Shown piece by piece: positions 52,076 through 61,861 of a stretch of 64,000 nt of DNA. Positions within the stretch are counted from its first letter, which is position 1. Each line of letters opens with the position of its first letter. The notes below the pieces were generated by a model. The model had not been told where the DNA came from, made no database searches, and saw nothing but the letters and a program-made list of their open reading frames with translations. The translations under genes were made by a program, and so were the position numbers. The stretch comes from Candidatus Sericytochromatia bacterium (GTDB taxonomy: Bacteria > Cyanobacteriota > Sericytochromatia > S15B-MN24 > UBA4093), in NCBI GenBank assembly GCA_036676495.1, contig JAKFCT010000014.1, positions 101,893-165,892 on the forward strand, given 5' to 3'.

Positions 52076-53203
52076 TCAGGGAGCGTCGATCTTGACGTTG
52101 GTGAACAAGACCGGGTGATCGGTCGTTTTCGCGATGAGCCCGCCCCGTTCGCGCCGGAACTCCCCGAACTGGACGTCCTTGGTCCCGAAGATCCAGTCGA
52201 TGCCGCTCTTGCGGGTCGGGTTCGCGGCCTTGACGGGGGCCTGCGACGTGAAGATCTCCCGGGCCTCGCCCACCGAGTTCATGTCCCCCACGAGGAAGAC
52301 CGGCAGTCCCGATTGCTCGAATAACTGCTTCACCAGGGCGGCCTCTTGCCGAGCAGCAGCGTCCCGGTAACGCTCTTGGTGGTGATGGCGGCGCGTGTTC
52401 GCCGGGTTGTGGACATCGACGAAGTAGGCTTCCTGGCCCGTTTGCTTGTTTCGCAAGCGGACATAGGGCACCTTGGACTCCCGGCCCTCATACGAGGGAA
52501 CGGTGATGGTGTCGCCCTTCACCAGCTTCCAGGTATCCTTGCGCCACGCGAGCGTGGTGTCGTGGTAGCCGCGGATGCCACTGGAGCCCGCAAAGGTGCC
52601 GTAGGTATCGCCGGTCACCTTCTTGAACTCGGCGAGTTGCCGGTGATCCATCTCCTGGAACCCCACCACGCTGACCTGATTGGCCCTCAGGATCTCCGCG
52701 ACGGCGTGCATGCGCTCGGGCCCAGGAGCAAAGCCTTTGCTCTTCCCGGCCGAACTGCTCAGGACGTTGAACGAGCTGAGGACGAAGCGGGTCGGGCGGG
52801 GACGGGACGGAGCCTGGGGATCGGACGAATGCTGGGGAGCGGGCGCCGGCTGGGGAGCGGGCTGGAACGCGAAGAAATCGGCCACGGACTGGCAGAATCG
52901 CGTGACGGCACTCCCGCCTTGCTGTGCGGCGGATCCCAGGCGCGCGAGCAATTGGTCGATCGTCGACAGGATGCCCTGATAATCGAGCTGGGGGGCGAGG
53001 GGTGCAAGCGGCTGAACCGGGTAGGCGGGGATCGTAGCGATCGCATGCGTGGGGAGCCATGCATCGTCGATGCTCGGCAGGGCGCCGTAGGCACCGGCTG
53101 CGGGACCCGGGATCGCGGGAACCGGCGACACAGCGACCGCCCCCGGCCCGGCGGGGTAGGGCGGTGACGCGATCAACAGCGGTTGGCCGATGGTTCCGGA
53201 CAT
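52076..53203 (-). CDS. Endonuclease/exonuclease/phosphatase (EEP) domain protein with Pro-rich N-terminus
   Basis: SFNVL, GFQE, VH, GDMN, IDWIF, TDH; GAGGAGG RBS before ATG 53203. Confidence 0.8.
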   Translation of the reverse strand: MSGTIGQPLLIASPPYPAGPGAVAVSPVPAIPGPAAGAYGALPSIDDAWLPTHAIATIPAYPVQPLAPLAPQLDYQGILSTIDQLLARLGSAAQQGGSAVTRFCQSVADFFAFQPAPQPAPAPQHSSDPQAPSRPRPTRFVLSSFNVLSSSAGKSKGFAPGPERMHAVAEILRANQVSVVGFQEMDHRQLAEFKKVTGDTYGTFAGSSGIRGYHDTTLAWRKDTWKLVKGDTITVPSYEGRESKVPYVRLRNKQTGQEAYFVDVHNPANTRRHHHQERYRDAAARQEAALVKQLFEQSGLPVFLVGDMNSVGEAREIFTSQAPVKAANPTRKSGIDWIFGTKDVQFGEFRRERGGLIAKTTDHPVLFTNVKIDAP

Positions 53204-53383
53204 GGAGCCGTCCTCCTCTCTGTCCCTATCCGTCCCTTTTCGACCTGACTTTCTTATCGTGAGGTTATGCTTCAAAAAAGTCCCAGGGTCGGGATGCCAA
53301 CCAGCCCGACGTCTGCTGCGTGAGGCTAGGCCGAAGCGGTCACCGGGTGCGACGGCGCTCGGGGCGTGGCCATGAGCGATGGC

Positions 53384-53422
53384 TTGACGGCTCTCAAGTC
53401 ATGTAATATTAATAGTTACATG
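53384..53422 (+). promoter_or_regulatory. Rrf2 promoter (TTGACG) with inverted repeat CATGTAA-N9-TTACATG overlapping the -10 and start codon
   Basis: CATGTAATATTAATAGTTACATG at 53400-53422. Confidence 0.65.
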
Positions 53423-53956
53423 AAAACCGATACCCGACTCTCTTCGATGCTCCACCTGCTCCTCCACATGGCGCATGCCGGAGGACCGCTCACCTCGGAA
53501 GAACTCGCACGCATGTTGGGCACGAACCCCGTGCTGGTGCGTCGGACCCTGGCGGGACTCCGGGAGCGCGACCTCGTATCGTCCGAGAAGGGCCATGGCG
53601 GGGGCTGGCACCTCGCGCGCCCCCTCGACGCCATCACGCTCTACGATGTCTACGAGGCCCTCGGCGCCCCCGAGCTCTTCGCGATCGGCCATCGCCGCAC
53701 GCCGTCCCCATGCCAGGTCGAGAAAGCGGTGCACACGGCCTTGGATCGGACGCTCGCGGAAGCGGAGGCCCTGGTTTTCGCTCAGCTGCGCGAGGTAACG
53801 CTCGCCGTGCTGTCGGAAGAGCTCCATCGGCGCCCACCGCACTCCCACCATGGGAGCGATCATGGCCACGACTCCGAACCCGGAGATGAAGTCCCTTCTC
53901 CGACCATGCGCGTCCGGAGTCGCTCCGAAGGGGAAGCCAAGTCGAAAGTGCGCTGA
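53420..53956 (+). CDS. Rrf2 family regulator (single-Cys type) with His-rich tail
   Basis: TSEELARMLGTNPVLVRR, SEKGHGGGW.LAR, ITLYDVY, PCQVE. Confidence 0.9.
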   Translation: MKTDTRLSSMLHLLLHMAHAGGPLTSEELARMLGTNPVLVRRTLAGLRERDLVSSEKGHGGGWHLARPLDAITLYDVYEALGAPELFAIGHRRTPSPCQVEKAVHTALDRTLAEAEALVFAQLREVTLAVLSEELHRRPPHSHHGSDHGHDSEPGDEVPSPTMRVRSRSEGEAKSKVR

Positions 53957-54026
53957 CGGGTTTCGCATCCGGCGGTCCATACCGAGACCAGGGCCCGTCG
54001 CTCGGACGGGAGAGACAGGAGGCAAG

Positions 54027-54659
54027 ATGAACCACGAACACGATCACCCCTCTGATGCGGCGTTCTGGGATCAAGCGTACCAGCACCGCCCGCACCACGC
54101 GGCGAGCAACGGCGCGCCGAATCCCGTCTTGGCTCGGGAAATCGCGGGCCTGGATCCCGGGAGCGCCCTGGACCTCGGTTGCGGTGAGGGGGCGGATGCC
54201 CTCTGGCTCGCGAAACGCGGCTGGCAGGTGACCGGGGTGGACTTCTCGAAGGTGGCACTCGACCGCGCCCGCGCGATTGATACGGCCCGCCAAGTGAACT
54301 GGGTGCAAGCCGACATGCGCGTTTGGCAGCCGCCGGCGGACGCCTATGACCTGGTCTCGCTCCACTACGTGCACGTTGCGCCCGCGGAGCGCGCGGAACT
54401 CTTCGGTCGGGTCGCGCAGGCCGTTCGCCCCACCGGCACGCTCCTCATGGTCGCCCATCATGCCTCCGATCTGGAGACCACGATCGGCCGACCGCCGATG
54501 GCGAGCCTGTACTTCACGGCAGACGAAGTGGCCGCATGGCTGGCACCGGGCCGCTGGGAGATCCTGTTGAGCGGAACGCAGTCCCGCACGGCCACGGATC
54601 GGCACGGGCATGCGATCACCATTCAGGACACGGTATTGAAGGCGCGTCGCATCGCGTGA
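54027..54659 (+). CDS. Class I SAM-dependent methyltransferase
   Basis: ALDLGCGEGADALWLA..GWQVTGVDFS; AGGAGG RBS. Confidence 0.9.
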   Translation: MNHEHDHPSDAAFWDQAYQHRPHHAASNGAPNPVLAREIAGLDPGSALDLGCGEGADALWLAKRGWQVTGVDFSKVALDRARAIDTARQVNWVQADMRVWQPPADAYDLVSLHYVHVAPAERAELFGRVAQAVRPTGTLLMVAHHASDLETTIGRPPMASLYFTADEVAAWLAPGRWEILLSGTQSRTATDRHGHAITIQDTVLKARRIA

Positions 54660-54721
54660 GGAAGGGCCTCGTCCCTCGCTCCGGATTCCAAGGCGGGCGC
54701 GTCCAGAACCGCGCGGAGCGA

Positions 54722-56518
54722 TCAGGACGAGACGACCGCCTCGCCCAACGCCATCGCGTTGTGACGATACAGGTCGGCGTAGCGCCCTGCGGCCGCGAGA
54801 AGCTCGTCATGGGTCCCTCGCTCCACGATGCGGCCATCGGCCACCACCAGGATCTGGTCGGCATGCCGGATGGTGCTGAGACGGTGAGCGATCACGATGG
54901 CCGTTCGTCCCTCCAGCGCCGTGGTCAGCGCCCGCTGGAGCGCCGCTTCGGTCGCCGAATCGACATGGCTCGTGGCCTCGTCCATCAGCAAGGTCGGGCG
55001 GTTCGCGAGCATGGCACGGGCGATCGCCAACAGCTGCCGCTGCCCGTGGCCGAGACGCCCCGCGCCCTCACCGAGCGGCGTGTCGTACCCCTGAGGCAAG
55101 GCCTCGATGAAGTCGTGGGCGCCCACGGCCTTGGCCATTGCCACCAGGTCGTCGCGCGTCGCGTCCGGCCTGCCGTAGGCCAGGTTCTCCGCGACCGTCC
55201 CGGAGAACAGGAACGGCTCCTGGGAAACCACCGCGATCTGCGCGCGCAAGGCCGCCCGTGACAGGTCCCGCACATCCACTCCGTCCACGAGGACCGCTCC
55301 CTCCGACGCCTCGTAAAACCGCGGAAGCAGGTTCGCAATCGACGTCTTGCCGGCCCCCGTCGGCCCCACGATGGCGATCGTCTGACCCGGCTCCGCGACG
55401 AAGCTCACTCCGCTCAGCACCGGTCGACCCGGCATGTAAGCGAACGTGACGTCCCGGTACTCCACCCGGCCGGTTCCCCGCGCCAGCGCCTCCCCTCCCG
55501 TTTCCGCCTCGGGCTCCGCGTCCAGGATCGCATAGATGCGTTCGGCCCCCGCCAGGGCTGCTTGAAGTTGCGCCGACACTTGGGAAACCACCTGAATGGG
55601 CCAGAAGAACTGAGCGATGTACAGCATGAACGCCGCCAGCAGACCGAGCGTCAGCGCCCCCTTCAGTACCAGCCAGGCCCCGATCCCGATCACGGCTGCG
55701 CTCGTCAACGCGCTCATCACGTCGACCGCCGGCGAGAAGACCGAAGTCGCCACCGCCGCCCGAAGGTTGGCCTCGCGGTTCGCCCGATTCCGCTCGCGGA
55801 AGCGGGCCTCGCTCTCGCCTGCTCGGTTGAACGCCTGCGCCTCGCGCACGCCGCCGATTTCCTCTTGCAGCTCGGCCATCACCGCCCCCGTGGTCTGCCG
55901 CGCCTCCCGGTAGGCAAAGCGCGCCCACCGCGCCAAGATCCAGATGGTCAGGCCCATCAGCGGCAGCGTGGCAAAGCAAACCAAGGCGAGCAAGGGATTC
56001 AAGAAGGCCATGGCCATCAGGATGCCCACGATGCCGAAGACGGCGCCAATCGATTGGGTGAGGCCATGTGCCAAGAGTTGGTTGAGGGCGTCCACGTCGT
56101 TGCTGACGCGGCTCATCAGGTCTCCGATCGGCCGCTTGTCGAAGAATCCCATCGGCAGCTCCTGAAACCGCGAGAAGAGCCGCTGGCGTAATTCCGCGAG
56201 AACCCGCTGGCCAACCGTGCCGATGATGAAGATCTGCTTGCGCTGGGCCAGCGCTCCGATGACGTAGACGGTGGCCATGAGGGCGAGCGTCAATCCCAGC
56301 CCACGCCCGTCCTGGTGCGCCACGTTCACGTCGATCGCCCGGCCAACGAGCCAAGGCCCCAGCGCTTGGCAAATCGCGACGATGAGGATCAGCACTGCTG
56401 CCCCCATGAGGGTGCGGCCATGCGGACGCAGCTCTCCGAGCAGCCGAGCCGCGGTCGCGCCTCGGCGCTCCGGCTTGGCGTCGAGCCCTTGCAGGACTCC
56501 CTGAACGCCTCCGATCAT
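54722..56518 (-). CDS. ABC exporter TMD-NBD half (signature degenerate: LGHGQ)
   Basis: GPTGAGKT, LGHGQRQ, MDEATS, IAHRLST. Confidence 0.92.
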   Translation of the reverse strand: MIGGVQGVLQGLDAKPERRGATAARLLGELRPHGRTLMGAAVLILIVAICQALGPWLVGRAIDVNVAHQDGRGLGLTLALMATVYVIGALAQRKQIFIIGTVGQRVLAELRQRLFSRFQELPMGFFDKRPIGDLMSRVSNDVDALNQLLAHGLTQSIGAVFGIVGILMAMAFLNPLLALVCFATLPLMGLTIWILARWARFAYREARQTTGAVMAELQEEIGGVREAQAFNRAGESEARFRERNRANREANLRAAVATSVFSPAVDVMSALTSAAVIGIGAWLVLKGALTLGLLAAFMLYIAQFFWPIQVVSQVSAQLQAALAGAERIYAILDAEPEAETGGEALARGTGRVEYRDVTFAYMPGRPVLSGVSFVAEPGQTIAIVGPTGAGKTSIANLLPRFYEASEGAVLVDGVDVRDLSRAALRAQIAVVSQEPFLFSGTVAENLAYGRPDATRDDLVAMAKAVGAHDFIEALPQGYDTPLGEGAGRLGHGQRQLLAIARAMLANRPTLLMDEATSHVDSATEAALQRALTTALEGRTAIVIAHRLSTIRHADQILVVADGRIVERGTHDELLAAAGRYADLYRHNAMALGEAVVSS

Positions 56519-58329
56519 GCCTCACCTCCCGGCAGGCCGGCGGCCGCCATCTTCTTGGAAAGCTGCGTGCCCACGATGTCCTGGTAAACCGGACTCGCGA
56601 TCATCAACTCGTCATGCGTCCCCTGGGCTACCAAGCGCCCTTGGTGGAGGACCAGGATGCGGTCGGCTTCGCGTACGGTACTGAAGCGATGGGCAATGAC
56701 CAAGCAGGTCCGCCGATGGTCGCGCATCAGACGGTCGAGAGAAGCCTGGATCGCCGCCTCGGTCTCGGCATCCACGGCCGAGGTGCTGTCGTCGAGAATG
56801 ATGAGGCGCGGGTCCACCAGCAGCGCACGGGCAATCGCGATGCGCTGCCGCTGCCCTCCCGACAACCCCACTCCGCGCTCGCCGATGATCGTGTCGTAAC
56901 CGTCCGGCAGCGCGCAGATGAACTCGTCCGCCCGGGCGGCCTTCGCCGCCTGGACGATCTCCGCGTGGGTCGCCGAAGGTCGACCATAGGCGACGTTCTC
57001 GGCAATCGTGCCACCGAAGAGCAGCGGTTCCTGCAGCACGATGGCAATTTGGCCCCGAAGCGAGGCGAGCTTGACGTCCCGAACATCCTGGCCGTCCACG
57101 CGCACGTGACCCGACGTCACGTCATAGAAGCGCGGCAGCAGATGCGCGAGCGTGCTCTTGCCCGAGCCGGTCATGCCCACCACGGCCACCGTCTCGCCGG
57201 CCTTGATCTCGAAGGAGACGTCCGTCAAGACGGGCTGCTCGCCGCCCGGATAGCGGAAGGAAACCTGCTCGAAGCTCATCTTCCCGGCAAGGGGGGGCAG
57301 TTCCACCGCGTCGGCGCGGTCCGTCACGTCCAGCGGCGCGTCGAAGAGTTCCGCGATACGCGCCGCCGACACGCTGGCTCGCGAGAGGATCATCGTCGAG
57401 AAGCCCAGGGTCATGATCGGCTGCAACAGGAAGCCCAGGTAGTTCGTGAAGGCGAGCAGGGTCCCGATCGTCAGGTGGCCGCCCATCACTTCCCAGCCTC
57501 CCAGTCCCACGATGGCAAGGGTGCCGAGATTGGCGAAGAGCATGATGATCGGGAAGGTGTTGGAGCCGGCACGGGAGGCGGCTATGGACTGGTCGAGCAG
57601 CCCCATGTTCAGGGTTTCGTAGCGCTGAGCCTCGTGCGCCTGCCGCCCGAAGGTCCGAACGATGCGCAAGCCTGCGAGAGACTCGCGCATGAGGGTGTTC
57701 ATCTGACCGACATGGTACTGGATGCGCCCGAACATCGGCCCGATCATTCGGGCAAAGCGCCCAAGAACCCAGACGATCGGAAGCAGCGTGCTCAGCGAGA
57801 CCAGTGCCAGGCGCCAGTCGAGCACCATGATCACGGTGACGCTCACCACGAACATGATCAGCGACTGCACGATTTGCACGACGCCCGAGCCGAGGAAGGT
57901 GCGCACCTGATCGACGTCGTTCGTGAGGCGTGTGAGCAACTGCCCGGTCTCGTTGCGGTCGAAGTAGCTGAAGCTCAAGCGCTGGACCTTGGCGAATAGC
58001 TCGTCGCGCAGCTGGTAAGCGATCTGATGGGAGATCCGCTCGCCGAGATAGACGTGCAAGAAGCCGAAGACCCCGCGCAGAACGGCGAGGAGGAGCATGC
58101 ATGCCAGGGCGAGGCCCAGCGCTCGAGAGTCGTGCTTGCCGATCCCGTCGTCGATGGCATAGCGGATGAGCAGGGGACCCGAAAGGTTCGCCAGCAGGAC
58201 CAGCAGCACCGATCCGAGAGCCCCGGCCACCAGGGGGAGATGGGCCCGCAGATAGCCGAGCGGTCTTCCCAACACCTTGAACCCGGGGCCAGCCGGTGGA
58301 GCCCCGGGACGATTCTTGCCGATTTGCAT
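56515..58329 (-). CDS. ABC exporter TMD-NBD half (Walker B degenerate: LDDST)
   Basis: GMTGSGKS, LSGGQRQR, ILDDSTSAVD; GGAGGG RBS before ATG 58329; 4-nt overlap with partner. Confidence 0.92.
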   Translation of the reverse strand: MQIGKNRPGAPPAGPGFKVLGRPLGYLRAHLPLVAGALGSVLLVLLANLSGPLLIRYAIDDGIGKHDSRALGLALACMLLLAVLRGVFGFLHVYLGERISHQIAYQLRDELFAKVQRLSFSYFDRNETGQLLTRLTNDVDQVRTFLGSGVVQIVQSLIMFVVSVTVIMVLDWRLALVSLSTLLPIVWVLGRFARMIGPMFGRIQYHVGQMNTLMRESLAGLRIVRTFGRQAHEAQRYETLNMGLLDQSIAASRAGSNTFPIIMLFANLGTLAIVGLGGWEVMGGHLTIGTLLAFTNYLGFLLQPIMTLGFSTMILSRASVSAARIAELFDAPLDVTDRADAVELPPLAGKMSFEQVSFRYPGGEQPVLTDVSFEIKAGETVAVVGMTGSGKSTLAHLLPRFYDVTSGHVRVDGQDVRDVKLASLRGQIAIVLQEPLLFGGTIAENVAYGRPSATHAEIVQAAKAARADEFICALPDGYDTIIGERGVGLSGGQRQRIAIARALLVDPRLIILDDSTSAVDAETEAAIQASLDRLMRDHRRTCLVIAHRFSTVREADRILVLHQGRLVAQGTHDELMIASPVYQDIVGTQLSKKMAAAGLPGGEA

Positions 58330-58366
58330 GTGATCCCTCCGTTGGCCCATCTTGACGTAGCCAAAT

Positions 58367-58384
58367 CTTGTAGTCAAGTACAAG
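58367..58384. promoter_or_regulatory. Candidate TetR operator CTTGTA-N6-TACAAG
   Basis: Palindrome in the short divergent ABC/tetR intergenic region. Confidence 0.5.
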
Positions 58385-58418
58385 CTTATGCTTTAATCCA
58401 CGTTTAGGGAGGGGACGA

Positions 58419-59057
58419 ATGGAAGGCTTACGCGAGCGAAAGAAGCGCCAGACCCGGGAAGCGATCGCCAAGACGGCATTGCGGCTCTTCGCGGAGCGCG
58501 GCTACGACGAGGTGACGGTCGCGGACGTCGCCGCTGCGGCGGACGTGGCGGTCACGACGGTGTTCAACTACTTCAAGACGAAGGAAGACCTCTTCTTCAG
58601 CGCGTTCACGCCCCCTTCCGAGATCCTCGCCGAGCGGCTCCGCACCCGTCCCCCGCAGACGGGCCCCGTGGCGGTGGTCCGGGAGCTCCTCATGGAGGCG
58701 CTCGACCACATGGCCGAGCAGGCGGGGGAGGATCACCACACCCGCATCCGAGCCGCGCTGGCCACCAGCCATTCCCTGCAGGTCGAGGCGATGCATCGCT
58801 TCCGGACTCGGCGGCTCGAATGTCTGGACGAGGTGGCGGCGGCGTTGACGGCGCCCGAAGCGCCGGACGCCTTCGCCCACCTGGTCGCGACCCAATTGCT
58901 GGCACTGGTGGACGGAACGATGCGGGAGGTGGAGCGACGCTGCCGGACCGGCGAGGGGGTAACGGTGGTATCAGACTCCGTGCGCTCGGCCGTCGAGCGA
59001 GCCTGCAGCGCCCTGTCCACGGCTTTCGAGGACTTCGGCAAGCGCTCGAGGCCTTGA
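58419..59057 (+). CDS. TetR family regulator
   Basis: GLRERKKRQTR...VTVADVAAAADVAVTTVFNYFKTKEDL. Confidence 0.93.
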   Translation: MEGLRERKKRQTREAIAKTALRLFAERGYDEVTVADVAAAADVAVTTVFNYFKTKEDLFFSAFTPPSEILAERLRTRPPQTGPVAVVRELLMEALDHMAEQAGEDHHTRIRAALATSHSLQVEAMHRFRTRRLECLDEVAAALTAPEAPDAFAHLVATQLLALVDGTMREVERRCRTGEGVTVVSDSVRSAVERACSALSTAFEDFGKRSRP

Positions 59058-59119
59058 CGTCACCTTCGCTTCCGGTCGAGGCCCTCCGGGCAGGTCACGC
59101 CCGTCCCAGCTGTCCGCGG

Positions 59120-61555
59120 TCACGGGAGCTTCGGAGTCTCGGACGGACGGTGCTTCACGTACTTCTCGAGCCACTGATCGGTTTCGTAGAGCATGTGCAT
59201 GATCGATTCTCGTGCCCGGTACCCATGCTCCTCATGCGGCAGGATCACCAAGCGCGTCGTCGCGCCGAGTCCCTTGAGGGCCTGGTAGAAGCGCTCGCTC
59301 TGCATCGGGAAGGTCCCAGGGTTGGAATCCGCCGCGCCGTGAATCAAGAGCAACGGCTCATTGATGCGGTCGGCATTCACGAAGGGCGACATCTTGAAGT
59401 AGGTGTCGGGCACCTCCCAGAGCGTGCGCTCCTCGGACTGGAAACCGAATGGCGTCAGCGTGCGATTATACGCACCACTGCGCGCGATGCCGGCCGCGAA
59501 GAGATCCGAATGAGCCAGCAAGTTGGCTGCCATGAACGCCCCGTAGGAATGGCCTCCGATCGCGATGCGGCGAGGATCCGCCACTCCGCGCCGCACGACC
59601 TCGTCCACGGCTGCCTTGGCACCCGCCACCAGTTGCTCGACGTAGGTGTCGTTGGGTTCGGCCTCCCCGTCCCCGAGAATCGGCAGCTTGGGATCGTCCA
59701 GCACGGCGTAGCCTCGCGCCAGCCAGACCAGCGGCGAGTTGTGCGAGACGCGGTCGAAAACGAACGGTGAGCGATCGACTTGCCCCGCCGCCTCCGCGTT
59801 CTTGAACTCGCGCGGATAGGCCCACATCACCAGGGGCAAGGGCCCCTGCTTGGCCGGATCGTAGTTCGGCGGCAGGTAGAGCGTTCCACTCAGAGGAAGG
59901 CCGTCCGCACGCTTGTAGGTGATGAGCTCCTTCCGGATCCCGGCAAACTCGGGCGAAAGGTTGACGAAACGCGTGATGAAACGTTCCTGATCGCCGTCGC
60001 GCAAGACGTAGTTAGGGGGCTCGGTGGGAGACTCCCGGCGGATCAAGAGGCGCTTGCCCGACGAGTCGAAAACATGCGCCACCACCGCATAACTGGGGGC
60101 CTGGGACTCCCAGAGCCGCTCCTGGCGACCTGTCTGGATATCGAGGCGATCCAGGAAGGGCTTGTTGCCGGTGGGAGAAGCGCCCTCACCGCTGAAGAGC
60201 AATCCCTTTCCGTCGTCGGAAACCGTCATGACGTAGGTTCCGCGCGCCGTGCGACGCCGAACGGGGTTGCCGGGGTCGCCGTAGCGATCTTCGTAAGAAC
60301 GCTCGAAGAGCTTTCGGGGCGCCGCGGGGGCGTCCGGAGCGAGCACCCAGGTGCGTTCCTGGCGCGTCTTCCGCCATCGCTCCCGGACCAAGGCCAGCTG
60401 ACCAGTCGCCCAATCGGCTCCCGAGAACCGGTAGCTCAAGTCGACGAGCGGAGTTGGCTCCCCCTTGAAGGGCGCCGCCAGCATGAAGACCCGGTCGCGC
60501 ACGGAAGCCGCTTTGCCAGGATCTCCGCCGTCCTGGGCCTCGGCCCAGTACAAGGACGCATCGGCATCCGGTCGCCAGGCCAGATCACGCGGTCCCTGGC
60601 GGACGGCGTCGAAGGAGATGGGCACGACCTCGGCGAGCGGCAAGTCCGCGACGCGCCGGATCAGATTGCCCGCCCGATCCCAAACTTCGGACCGAATCGG
60701 AAAGCGGCTCAACGGCACCAGGTAGGAGTATGGGCGATGTACCGTCTCGACGAGCACGTACTTGCCGTCGGGAGAGGGACGCGCATCCAGGATCAGCGCC
60801 GGCTGCCCGAGGGGCTTCGCACGACCGGAGGCATCGAGCACGAGCAGTTGGCTCTTCAGGTAATGCTCGAAGAGCGCCTCGTCATGCGGGCCCTTCAGCA
60901 AGTTCGGGTAGGTACGGGCCGGCGCCTTCTGGCCGAGGTTTTCCTGTACGATCGGGCCGGCGGAAGCCTGGGGCTCCTGAGGGGCCGCGGCGCGCTTCAC
61001 CGGCACTGCCTGACAGAGGATCGTCTGGCTGTCCGAGAGCCAGGCATACGGCATGCCCAAGACCGCGTTGAGCCGCATGGTGCCGTGCCGCATCGCCCGG
61101 GCCGTCGTGACGTCCGCCGTCCATAACTCGATGCCGGACTCCCGGGTCAGGGTGAACGCGAGCTTCTTGCCATCGGGCGACCAGGTGACGTGGGCAATCC
61201 GGGGCTCCTGGGGCAGCCCCGTGATCGCGCGTGCTGGGCCGCCGGACAGCGGCTGGATGGAGAGCCCGGAGAAGTAGGCCGTCCGCGCCTCACCGTTGGT
61301 CATCGGGTTGATGGAGAGGCCGGCCAGCTTGAGCTCGGGCTGGCTGATCTCGGCGATGCCCGGCAGCGGGTGCCGCTCCATGAGCAGCATCGTGCGCTGG
61401 TCGGGGCCGATGCTGACGGCAGGCGTGAGCGGGGCGTCGACGATGCGTGCCAGTTCCGACACGGGCATCTGATAGGCATGGGGCATGGCCAGAGAGGGTG
61501 TAGGCATGGCAAGCAATAGGCTGGTCAGGGCGAGGGCGCGAACGAACGATAGCAT
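59120..61555 (-). CDS. Secreted S9 family peptidase (glutamyl peptidase/CGEP-like)
   Basis: Signal peptide, propeller region, WAYPREFK, GGHSYGA nucleophile, DSNPGT, HEEHGY. Confidence 0.9.
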   Translation of the reverse strand: MLSFVRALALTSLLLAMPTPSLAMPHAYQMPVSELARIVDAPLTPAVSIGPDQRTMLLMERHPLPGIAEISQPELKLAGLSINPMTNGEARTAYFSGLSIQPLSGGPARAITGLPQEPRIAHVTWSPDGKKLAFTLTRESGIELWTADVTTARAMRHGTMRLNAVLGMPYAWLSDSQTILCQAVPVKRAAAPQEPQASAGPIVQENLGQKAPARTYPNLLKGPHDEALFEHYLKSQLLVLDASGRAKPLGQPALILDARPSPDGKYVLVETVHRPYSYLVPLSRFPIRSEVWDRAGNLIRRVADLPLAEVVPISFDAVRQGPRDLAWRPDADASLYWAEAQDGGDPGKAASVRDRVFMLAAPFKGEPTPLVDLSYRFSGADWATGQLALVRERWRKTRQERTWVLAPDAPAAPRKLFERSYEDRYGDPGNPVRRRTARGTYVMTVSDDGKGLLFSGEGASPTGNKPFLDRLDIQTGRQERLWESQAPSYAVVAHVFDSSGKRLLIRRESPTEPPNYVLRDGDQERFITRFVNLSPEFAGIRKELITYKRADGLPLSGTLYLPPNYDPAKQGPLPLVMWAYPREFKNAEAAGQVDRSPFVFDRVSHNSPLVWLARGYAVLDDPKLPILGDGEAEPNDTYVEQLVAGAKAAVDEVVRRGVADPRRIAIGGHSYGAFMAANLLAHSDLFAAGIARSGAYNRTLTPFGFQSEERTLWEVPDTYFKMSPFVNADRINEPLLLIHGAADSNPGTFPMQSERFYQALKGLGATTRLVILPHEEHGYRARESIMHMLYETDQWLEKYVKHRPSETPKLP

Positions 61556-61861
61556 CTGAGCAACCTCCGGCGTTCAATCGTCGACCCAACCATCATACAC
61601 GGCACCGGAGCGTTCCTCCCTTCCACGGCAACCCCGAGCTTGGGGCCCCATGGGGTGATACCCAGCAACACCCCCCCTAAACCACATTTCGCATGCGATC
61701 CAGGGGGGCTGATGAAAAGAGTGGGCTTGGCTGGACGGGCTTAGAATATTTGGTTGTAGCTCGTCAGGTTCGAGGCTTGTCGGGTGTGGCTGGAGAGAAT
61801 GAAGATCATCACGCAGTGAGAAACACCTCTGCGATCGCAATGGATCGCCAAAGGCCCCCTG

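Noticed and set aside
54722-58329. Degenerate ABC motifs as a sign of pseudogenisation
   Set aside because: The complementary degenerate pattern is normal for heterodimeric TM287/288-type exporters
61574-61840. 88-aa ORF in the peptidase/thiolase gap
   Set aside because: No clear RBS or motifs; probably promoter or intergenic DNA
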